Positions 1-7,844 of a stretch of 35,777 bases of DNA are shown piece after piece (position 1 is the first letter of the stretch; every line of letters starts with the position of its first letter). The DNA is taken from NCBI GenBank assembly GCA_046724795.1, contig JBKOXF010000043.1:1-35777 (forward strand), in the 5' to 3' direction. The translations under genes and the position numbers were made by a program. Below the pieces are notes generated by a model, which was not told the origin of the DNA, ran no database searches, and was given only the letters and a program-made list of their open reading frames with translations. This stretch comes from Actinomycetota bacterium. GTDB taxonomy: Bacteria; Actinomycetota; UBA4738; JACQTL01.

Positions 1-1265
<1,265 letters not shown>

Positions 1266-1269
<4 letters not shown>

Positions 1270-2342
1270 GCCGGGCGCTCGGCTCGCTCGCGCTTCAGTC
1301 GCTCGATCGCGCGGATCGGCGCCGGGTCGAGCCCTCGAAGCAGCGCCAGATAGACGCTGGCCGCGCCACCCAGGAGGACGAGCGAGAGCTCTCCGGCCAA
1401 CGGCGAATCCCCCTCGGCGCGGACCTCGAGAGCCTCCAGCCCGCCCTCGGATGCGATGGCCGCGGAGTCTCGGATCCGCGCGGCCAGCTCCGGATGCTCG
1501 CTCTCGTGGCGCAGCACGATCAGCGTGAAGCGGTCTCTCGCCTCCCCCCATCCCTCTCCCCACGGGACGATCTCGTTGTGATCGAGCTCGGGGAACGACG
1601 CCGAAAACGCCGGCGTCTTCGCGTTCTCCTGGAACTCCGCCCGCCACCGCGCGGCGGCGACGGACCCGACGCCCTCCGCGCCCCAGATCACGGGCATCCG
1701 ATCACCGATCGCACGGGCGAGTTGCTTCGCGTCGTTTCGGTCCTCGGGGGTGCCCGGCGCCACGCTCGCGGCCGTACGGTCCAGGAGGGCAGCGGCGGAT
1801 TCCACCTCTTCCGCGAGCACGGGGACGACGCCCATCGCCTCCATGGCCCCGAGCGTCGACAGCAGGAGCGATCCCAGCGCCGTCCGGGGCGCCGGCGGAT
1901 CGCCGGGGATCACCAGGACGGGCACACCTGCCGACTCGGCGCGAGCCAGCAGCTCGCCCCCGGAGCAGACGGCGACGAGTCGGCAACCACGATCGAGCGC
2001 TTGCGCGAAACAGCCGAGCGTCTCCGTCGTGTTCCCCGAGAACGACGAGCAGACGACCAGCGAAGAGGGCGAGCAGTGCTCCGGGATCGCGACGTCCTTC
2101 ACGACGTCGATCGGGATCCGCAGCCGGTCCCGGTACAGCGCGTGGATCACGTCGCCGCCGATCCCCGAGCCTCCCATCCCGCACAGGACGATCGACCCGA
2201 CCCCGGACCCATCGGGCAATGGTTCGTGCGAGCGGCCGATCTCGTATCCGCGGCGACACTGCTCCCCCAACCCCAGGATCGCGGGGAGGATCCCCGAGGG
2301 GTCGGCCGCGGCAACGGCCGCTGGATCGTCGAGGTCGATCAC
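1266..2342 (-). CDS. SIS-domain bifunctional phosphoglucose/phosphomannose isomerase-like protein
   Basis: Track ORF 1266..2597 trimmed to GTG 2342..2340, 5 nt after the Trm112 stop. The sequence (VIDLDDPAAVAAADPSG..., CGMGGSGIGGD, SFSGNTTET) matches the SIS isomerase that sits between manB and manA in actinobacteria. The Rv3256c-type synteny is recalled from memory. Confidence 0.8.
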
Positions 2343-2347
2343 CGCCG

Positions 2348-2524
2348 TCAGGACGAAGGCTTCTCGGCCTCGTCGATCAGCATGACGGGGATGTCGTCCC
2401 GCACCGGGTACCGGTACCGGCACTCGCCGACGCACACGATGACCTGCTCGTCCTCGCGGTACTCCACGTCGCCCCGACAGTTCGGGCACGCCAGGATGTC
2501 GAGCAGCTGCTGGTCCACGCTCAT
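2348..2524 (-). CDS. Trm112-family small zinc-ribbon protein (58 aa)
   Basis: Below the track length cutoff, so hand-translated: MSVDQQLLDILACPNCRGDVEYREDEQVIVCVGECRYRYPVRDDIPVMLIDEAEKPSS. It carries the CPxC...C signature and the IPVML motif of Trm112/DUF343. ATG 2524..2522 overlaps the manB stop (ATGA). Confidence 0.75.
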   Translation of the reverse strand: MSVDQQLLDILACPNCRGDVEYREDEQVIVCVGECRYRYPVRDDIPVMLIDEAEKPSS

Positions 2525-3873
2525 GACTCCTCCCCCCTGATCTCACGAAGGACTTCCGCGGTCTTCTCCTCGAGCAGCTCCTTCGTTCGCGCCTCAACGT
2601 TCAGTCGCAGCAGCGGCTCCGTGTTCGATGGGCGCACGTTGAACCACCAGTCCTCGTACTCGACGGTGAGCCCGTCGAGACGGTCCTGCTTGCCGTCCGT
2701 AAACTGCTCGGCGAGCGTCTCGATCCTGCGCTGCTGATCCTCCACGGTGGAGTTGATCTCCCCGGACGACACATACCGGCGGAAGGGCGCCAGCAGCTCC
2801 GACAGCGGCTTCCCTGCCTTCGACATCTCCTGGAGCACGACGAGCCCCGCGATGAGCCCCGAGTCCGCGCGGTAGTGCTCCCGGAAGTAATAGTGGCCCG
2901 AATGCTCTCCGCCGAACACGGCGTCGGTCTCCGCCATGACCTGCTTGATGAACGAATGTCCGACCCGCGAGCGCACCGGCGTGCCGCCGTTCTCCCGGAT
3001 CACTTCGGGGACCGCCCACGAGCAGATCAGGTTGTACACGATGTTCGCGCCGGGGTATTTCTGGAGCATCGACTTCGCGACCAGTGCGGTGATCAGGGAT
3101 CCGCTCACGGCCTCCGCATGCTCGTCGACGAAAAACACACGATCGGCGTCGCCGTCGAACGCCATCCCCAGGTCCGCGCCGTGCTCGCGCACCGCGCGGA
3201 TGAGGTCCCGCTGGTTGTCCGGGTCGATCGGATCGGCTGGGTGGTTCGGGAACGACCCATCCAGCTCCGGATAGAGCATCACGAGCTTCACCGGCAGGCG
3301 GGCGAACACGGCCGGCACGACCAGCCCGCCCATTCCGTTCGCCGTGTCGGTGACCACGGTGAGCGGTGACAAAGCGTCGGCGTCGATGAACGACAACGCG
3401 TGCTCGACGTAGTCGTCGAGGACATCGCGCTCGCTCACGGCCCCATTCCTCGGCGCGGGCACATATTCGTCGCGCTCGGCGAGGGCCCGGATGTCGCGCA
3501 AACCCGTCTCCTCTCCCACGGGCGCCGCGCCGGCCCGGCAGAACTTCAGCCCGTTGTAGTTCGGGGGGTTGTGGCTCGCCGTGATGACCACGCCCGGCAG
3601 GGAGAGCTTGCCCGAGGCGAAGTACAGCATGTCGGTGGCGATCAGACCGAGCTGCACGACGTCGACGCCGCGGCTCGTCGCCCCCTCCGTGAACGCGTCG
3701 GCGAGCGCGGGAGACGAATTCCGGCAGTCCCAGCCCAACAGGAGCTCTCCGGAGTCCACCCACTCGGCGAACGCTGCGCCGATCCTCCTCGACGCGTCCT
3801 CGTCGAGGTCGTCGGGATAGACCCCACGAACGTCGTAGGCCTTGAAGATGCGCGCGAGAGCGTCGACTGCCAC
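2521..3873 (-). CDS. manB: phosphomannomutase/phosphoglucomutase
   Basis: 450-aa ORF with the KAYDVRG N-terminus, the active-site loop TASHNPPNYNGLK, the metal loop FDGDADR and GEHSGHYYF. The start is GTG 3873..3871. Confidence 0.92.
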   Translation of the reverse strand: MAVDALARIFKAYDVRGVYPDDLDEDASRRIGAAFAEWVDSGELLLGWDCRNSSPALADAFTEGATSRGVDVVQLGLIATDMLYFASGKLSLPGVVITASHNPPNYNGLKFCRAGAAPVGEETGLRDIRALAERDEYVPAPRNGAVSERDVLDDYVEHALSFIDADALSPLTVVTDTANGMGGLVVPAVFARLPVKLVMLYPELDGSFPNHPADPIDPDNQRDLIRAVREHGADLGMAFDGDADRVFFVDEHAEAVSGSLITALVAKSMLQKYPGANIVYNLICSWAVPEVIRENGGTPVRSRVGHSFIKQVMAETDAVFGGEHSGHYYFREHYRADSGLIAGLVVLQEMSKAGKPLSELLAPFRRYVSSGEINSTVEDQQRRIETLAEQFTDGKQDRLDGLTVEYEDWWFNVRPSNTEPLLRLNVEARTKELLEEKTAEVLREIRGEES

Positions 3874-3885
3874 GGGTCGGTCGGA

Positions 3886-3891
3886 ATCCTA
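3886..3891 (-). promoter_or_regulatory. candidate -10 element TAGGAT upstream of manB
   Basis: The minus strand reads gggTAGGATtccgaccgacccGTG. The TANNNT hexamer lies 12 nt before the manB GTG. The same TAGGATTCCG decamer recurs at 23647..23656. Confidence 0.3.
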
Positions 3892-3974
3892 CCCGGGCCG
3901 GCAGTGAACGAACGGGCACGGACTGAGGACCGAAGTGGGACGGCCGGAACCCGAGGGTGTCTCCTCGGGGGATC

Positions 3975-4013
3975 CGGCCTGGGGGGGCCTTCCATGCGGC
4001 CTGGGGGGGCCTT
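3975..4013. repeat. perfect 17-nt direct repeat CGGCCTGGGGGGGCCTT x2 (22-nt period)
   Basis: Copies at 3975..3991 and 3997..4013, separated by ccatg. Each contains a G7 run flanked by the self-complementary GGCC...GGCC. The repeat sits between the stop of the 60-aa ORF (4021) and the manB promoter region. A 7-bp hairpin, CCCGAGG/CCTCGGG, lies at 3950..3969. Confidence 0.8.
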
Positions 4014-4020
4014 GTTGCGG

Positions 4021-4203
4021 CTACTTGCGAACGACGCCGATCACCGATGCCAGCGGCACCAGCTCACCGTCTTTGAACCACCACTTCGCCTCGCACATGT
4101 GGCATGTGGTGAAGGCGAGGTCGTTCTCGCCCACTGCCATCGCGATCGTGATGAGGTCTCCGGACCTGCACGCGGGGCAGCTGAGCGATGATGAAATCCT
4201 CAT
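4021..4203 (-). CDS. hypothetical 60-aa zinc-ribbon-like protein (CxxC...CxxC)
   Basis: Track ORF 4021..4482 trimmed to ATG 4203..4201: MRISSSLSCPACRSGDLITIAMAVGENDLAFTTCHMCEAKWWFKDGELVPLASVIGVVRK. It has two CxxC pairs and is in the same orientation as its neighbours. No clear SD, so both the start and coding status are uncertain. Confidence 0.45.
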   Translation of the reverse strand: MRISSSLSCPACRSGDLITIAMAVGENDLAFTTCHMCEAKWWFKDGELVPLASVIGVVRK

Positions 4204-4302
4204 AAACAAATGGTCGGCCTTTGCCGGCTTCCAGGCCATAGCACGAGGTGTCCATTTTCCGTGTGGCTCAAGGGGGCCATGCCACTCGGCCATGTGTCCC
4301 AT

Positions 4303-4321
4303 CCCCGTCCCCCGGACGGGG
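4303..4321 (-). terminator. GC hairpin CCCCGTCC-ggg-GGACGGGG downstream of the 96-aa ORF
   Basis: Perfect 8-bp stem about 35 nt after the stop at 4355. There is no U-tract, so this is at best a U-less hairpin terminator or an RNA stabiliser. Confidence 0.3.
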
Positions 4322-4354
4322 CTGGAAGGCGGGGGATGACGCCGGGAATGGCCC

Positions 4355-4645
4355 CTAGGACGGGGGGCCGGGAGTGTCGGGGAGCTGCTTGCCGATGTAT
4401 CTCGACCGGAGGCGTCCGTCCTCCCTCCAGTAGGCGTACCAGTACGGCCCGTGGGGGCACTTGGTGCACTGTTCCCGCCCACACCTGACGTGCTCCTGGC
4501 GATAGGTGACCTTGGTTTCGTGCCTCGGATCCGGTGCGGTCCCCTCTCGCGCCGCCAGCAGCCCGCCCACGAAGATCAGCAGGCGCCGGAGGTCGAACTC
4601 GTCGAGGGTCCGGATCTCTCTCATGAGCTCGCGATCGACAGGCAT
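4355..4645 (-). CDS. small Cys-rich protein with C-terminal CGxxxCxxCxxGxxHGPYWY motif (DUF6788-like)
   Basis: ATG 4645..4643 was chosen over the track's TTG 4666, which lies inside the predicted promoter spacer. MPVDRELMREIRTLDEFDLRRL...VRCGREQCTKCPHGPYWYAYWREDGRLRSRYIGKQLP resembles the DUF6788 motif as I recall it. Confidence 0.6.
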   Translation of the reverse strand: MPVDRELMREIRTLDEFDLRRLLIFVGGLLAAREGTAPDPRHETKVTYRQEHVRCGREQCTKCPHGPYWYAYWREDGRLRSRYIGKQLPDTPGPPS

Positions 4646-4655
4646 CTTATGTGAC

Positions 4656-4683
4656 AGAGTACCCAAGAACGGAAATCAAGCAA
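4656..4683 (-). promoter_or_regulatory. candidate sigma-70-type promoter (-35 TTGCTT, 16-nt spacer, -10 TACTCT)
   Basis: The minus strand reads TTGCTTgatttccgttcttgggTACTCTgtcacataagATG. The -10 element lies 10 nt before ATG 4645, implying a very short leader. Confidence 0.35.
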
Positions 4684-4722
4684 AGGCGGGCGATGCGCCT
4701 AAACGCTTGCCTTGCAGGGGAT

Positions 4723-4968
4723 TCAGGCAGTTGTCGCGTCCGCGGTGCGGAGGTCCGTGAGCTCCCACCCCAATGGAACGGACAGACCGTCGGCATGCGG
4801 GCCGCACAGTTCGAGCAGATTGGGGTTCCGCTCGCGCTCGAGATCCACCACCACGACCTCCTTCGGGCCGTACCGGAGGGTCACCGTCGCTTCCGCGTTC
4901 GCCTGGCAGCCGTTCTTCGAGCAGATCCGCACGAGAGCCGATGCTAGGCGACCCTGAGTCGGAGTCAA
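4723..4968 (-). CDS. DUF3499-like protein
   Basis: VRICSKNGCQANAEATVTLRY...LCGPHADGLSVPLGWELTDL matches the DUF3499 pattern (C..GC...TL.Y....LC..H.....P.GWE) found near whiB/manB in actinobacteria. The start is ambiguous: TTG 4968 or GTG 4932. Confidence 0.7.
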   Translation of the reverse strand: MTPTQGRLASALVRICSKNGCQANAEATVTLRYGPKEVVVVDLERERNPNLLELCGPHADGLSVPLGWELTDLRTADATTA

Positions 4969-5057
4969 GCATCGTGGCCAGAGTGGTCTTACCCAACGCT
5001 CCGGTGCTACCTAAGAATCAAGACCCGGAGGGGCCGACCCGCTCGGATCGGCGCCTG

Positions 5058-5096
5058 AAAAAGCGCACGTCGGGGGCCTCTTTCGGCCTCCCGACG
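5058..5096 (-). terminator. hairpin plus T5 run, candidate terminator for ldt or an sRNA
   Basis: The minus strand reads CGTCGGGAGGCC-gaaaga-GGCCCCCGACG tgcgc TTTTT. The stem is 11 bp with one A.C mismatch on the minus strand (G.U on the plus strand). The T-run starts 5 nt after the stem. Confidence 0.35.
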
Positions 5097-5171
5097 CATA
5101 AAAGATGTACCCCCAAGTGGCGTCCGGGTCACCCCTTCAACCTCTTGGGAGTACCCGAAAATCATATACCG

Positions 5172-5200
5172 GCGCGGCACCGCCGCGCAAGAGTTTTTTT
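5172..5200 (+). terminator. hairpin GCGCGGC-acc-GCCGCGC followed by T7 run
   Basis: Perfect 7-bp GC stem at 5172..5188, then aagag, then TTTTTTT at 5194..5200 on the plus strand. No annotated plus-strand gene lies upstream. Confidence 0.3.
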
Positions 5201-5242
5201 GCTTCGGTCGTCAACTTGGAGGTGGCAGGCTGCTGGCCGGGA

Positions 5243-6385
5243 TCAGGTACCGGTCGTCGAGTCGAAGTTGATGTTCCCCCAGGGCGGGGCGCCGTAGATG
5301 ACCACCTTCGTTCCCACCGGGACGAGGGGATACAGGGCCTCCGAGTCCGTGATGTGCATCCGGATGCACCCGTGCGACGCGTACGTCCCGATCGAGTAGT
5401 CCGACGGCGTTCCGTGGATCCGGATGCCTGGCGCGTCGAGGTACAGCGCCCTGGTCCCGAGGGGGTTGTCGGGCCCGGGCGGGATCGTGGCCGGCTCGCT
5501 GGCCGCCCAGCATCCAGGCTGCCCCAGACACGGGTTCACCCACGTGGGGTTCTCCACCTTGTTCACGACGTGCCACTGCCCGATGGGGGTGGTGAACCCG
5601 AACATCGCCGTGGCCACGGGGTACGTGCGGACCACGTGAAACCCGTCCCACAGTCGAAGCGTGTTCGTGGTCTCGTCGACCGTCAGCGTCAGCCCGAGAG
5701 AGGCGTCGGTCACCTCCGGTTGCACGGTCTCAACCGGCAGCCGGACCGACGAACGGCCCTTCTGGATCGCCGCGACGATGGCGTGACCCGCAGCTGTGAG
5801 CGGCATCTCCGCGCCGACCTGTGCGTGGCGCATCACGAGCTGGTTGCCATCGATGGTGAACTCGGCCGAGCGCGACGTCGCCGCCACGGCCGGGGCGGCC
5901 ACGTCCGCGACGAAGTGCTGCACGTCCGCCCGCGGATACGCCACAGGCATATCGATCGAGGCGTTGACCGAGTGGTGCGTGAGCCGGTGATACACCCTGG
6001 ACATCCACGACAGCGACGCCGACAGCTGGAACGCTCGGGTCACCGCCTTCTGCGGGCGCATCCTCATCCCCAGATCGGTCATCGAGAGCCTCCAATGCTG
6101 ATCGCCGGCCTGGACGACCACCGTTCTCGCCAACCCCGCCCTCACCACGGGCTGCAGTGCCCGGAGTGCCTGGTCCCTCGTCATGCCCGAGACGTCGACC
6201 CCGGCGATCCGCACCCCCGGAAGGATCCGGTCCGTGGTGGCACGGTCGTACGCGTAGGAGGCAGCGGCCGTCGCCCCGATCACGACGGCAATGGTCGTGA
6301 GCACCACGATGAGCCACACGGGAGGCCGTCCCAGCCGCGGCAGCTGGTACCACCGTCGTCGGGCGGCGTGCTTCGGCTGGCTCAA
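5243..6385 (-). CDS. L,D-transpeptidase (YkuD domain) with N-terminal membrane anchor
   Basis: 380 aa. The TM segment is PPVWLIVVLTTIAVVIGATAAA and the catalytic motif is IRIHGTP...SHGCIRM. TTG start at 6385 with GGAAGGA 5 nt upstream. Confidence 0.9.
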   Translation of the reverse strand: MSQPKHAARRRWYQLPRLGRPPVWLIVVLTTIAVVIGATAAASYAYDRATTDRILPGVRIAGVDVSGMTRDQALRALQPVVRAGLARTVVVQAGDQHWRLSMTDLGMRMRPQKAVTRAFQLSASLSWMSRVYHRLTHHSVNASIDMPVAYPRADVQHFVADVAAPAVAATSRSAEFTIDGNQLVMRHAQVGAEMPLTAAGHAIVAAIQKGRSSVRLPVETVQPEVTDASLGLTLTVDETTNTLRLWDGFHVVRTYPVATAMFGFTTPIGQWHVVNKVENPTWVNPCLGQPGCWAASEPATIPPGPDNPLGTRALYLDAPGIRIHGTPSDYSIGTYASHGCIRMHITDSEALYPLVPVGTKVVIYGAPPWGNINFDSTTGT

Positions 6386-6424
6386 CGGTGTCCTTCCCCC
6401 ACGTGATTCCTCTCGGTGTCGATC

Positions 6425-6430
6425 ATCATA
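6425..6430 (-). promoter_or_regulatory. candidate -10 TATGAT upstream of ldt
   Basis: The minus strand reads gcaacTATGATgatcgac, about 40 nt upstream of TTG 6385. No convincing -35 element. Confidence 0.25.
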
Positions 6431-6476
6431 GTTGCTCGGGTCCGATTCGAGGCGATGGAGCCCTTCGATCGGCCGG

Positions 6477-7844
6477 TCACCGTCCGATCGAAGCGATCCA
6501 CTGAGCCGGGACGGGTTCGCCCATCGACACGGCGTACCCCGACACGTCTCGGGTGAAGGACGTCGCCATCGGCACGAAGGTTCCCGACGACGCTACCGCC
6601 ACCACCGCACCCTCCGGCGCGGGCTTCGTGAGCGACACCCCGACGAGCACGGTGCGCCCCGCTGGGACCTTCACCTCCTGCGGCTTCGCGGCCTGGCCCT
6701 TCGGGCCGAGCAACCTGAGGTGCACCTGCGCGGGAACCGTGCCGGGGTTCGCGAGCGAGAGCTTCCAGACGCCGTTCGATGACGTGGTGCCGGCCGGGAT
6801 CACCCACGCGGTGGCCGGGATGGCTCCGACGGTGGCCCCGGTGTCGCCCTGCGGCCCGAAGGTCCGTCGCGCGACCGCGATGCCCGCCTGCGAGGTCACC
6901 GCAAGCTGGATCGTGGAGGTCTGGTCGGTGGAGACCTCGTACGTCACGGCCTGCTCCGATCCGAGGCTCTCTCCGTTCAACTGTGAGATCGGTTGGGATC
7001 CGTCGGTCCGATCGAGCATCCCGCGATACGTGGCCTTGCCGCCGCCCGGGTTCGCCACCACGAGCTCGGATCGGCCCGCGTCCGGTCCTCCGGGGAGCGT
7101 GACCGAGTGCACCGCGGCCGGGATCCCGGCGGCCGCACGGACACCAGCCTGGGCGCTGAGCCCGATGCTGGCCACCGCCACCCGCCCGATCTTCGCCTGC
7201 ACCACGGCGGACACGGTGCGCTTGTCGAGCTTGTACGTGGACAGCTCGAACGCAGCGGTCCGGCCGGGCCGAAGCACCACGTCGGACCAGGGGCCGGGCT
7301 CGGTGACGGCCTGCTCCGTCAGCAGCCGGATCCCGAAGATCGCGTCCGCGGCCGTGGGATTCATCACCACGATCCACCCCCCCTCGCCGCGGACGGTGGT
7401 GCCGTCCGGGACGATCCACGTCCGGGAGAGCGCCGGCTCGCACTCCTCGGCAGCGATGCCCGACTGATCACCGCCGGCCACGGAAGACCACGCGGCGCCG
7501 ACCCACCCGTCGAAATACTCCACCTGGGTTCCCGTCTCCATGGCCGAGCTGTCGACCGCCACCCTGATCGATGAGCTCGACGGCACGGTGATGGTTCGCT
7601 CCGCCGTCCGGCCACTCGCTCCGCTATCGATCACCTGAGCCGTCACCGGATCCGAACCGGGATTCGTGAGCGACAGCTCGCCGCGCCAGCCCTTCCCGCC
7701 GCCGTGCGGACAGAACCACGACCCCGCCGAAGCCCCGAGCGGGGCGGCGGTGCCGAGCGCCTTGGGGTGCACCGATTGCAGCAAGGTCGCGCCGAGGACG
7801 ATGGCGGCCACAGCCGCCACAGCGAGGATGGCACGAGCCCTCAT
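6477..7844 (-). CDS. secreted/anchored protein of unknown function (DUF5719-like)
   Basis: Track ORF 6477..8030 trimmed to ATG 7844..7842, which forms an ATGA overlap with the GT2 stop. The N-terminal signal/anchor is MRARAILAVAAVAAIVLGATLL. The body is long and beta-rich with repeated 'LxNPG' strands (LSLTNPG, VVMNPT, VVANPGG, LSLANPG). The family assignment is recalled from memory. Confidence 0.6.
   Translation of the reverse strand: MRARAILAVAAVAAIVLGATLLQSVHPKALGTAAPLGASAGSWFCPHGGGKGWRGELSLTNPGSDPVTAQVIDSGASGRTAERTITVPSSSSIRVAVDSSAMETGTQVEYFDGWVGAAWSSVAGGDQSGIAAEECEPALSRTWIVPDGTTVRGEGGWIVVMNPTAADAIFGIRLLTEQAVTEPGPWSDVVLRPGRTAAFELSTYKLDKRTVSAVVQAKIGRVAVASIGLSAQAGVRAAAGIPAAVHSVTLPGGPDAGRSELVVANPGGGKATYRGMLDRTDGSQPISQLNGESLGSEQAVTYEVSTDQTSTIQLAVTSQAGIAVARRTFGPQGDTGATVGAIPATAWVIPAGTTSSNGVWKLSLANPGTVPAQVHLRLLGPKGQAAKPQEVKVPAGRTVLVGVSLTKPAPEGAVVAVASSGTFVPMATSFTRDVSGYAVSMGEPVPAQWIASIGR

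Noticed and set aside
5172-5200. Hairpin+T7 as the terminator of the L,D-transpeptidase gene
   Set aside because: The T-run follows the stem only on the plus strand, while ldt is on the minus strand. It is kept only as an orphan plus-strand candidate.
4969-5242. tRNA or known riboswitch in the 274-nt intergenic region
   Set aside because: I could see no T-loop (GGTTCGAnnCC-type) or cloverleaf arrangement. I recognised no riboswitch core, and there is no suitable downstream gene.
5105-6406. Plus-strand 433-aa ORF, together with similar long antisense or off-frame ORFs (e.g. 8595..10139, 12412..13638, 18064..19164, 22410..23642, 23621..24880, 27012..28328, 30823..32403, 31809..33677)
   Set aside because: These are high-GC shadow frames. 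Their products are Arg/Pro/Gly/His-rich, lack motifs, and completely overlap genes with strong family signatures on the other strand or in another frame.
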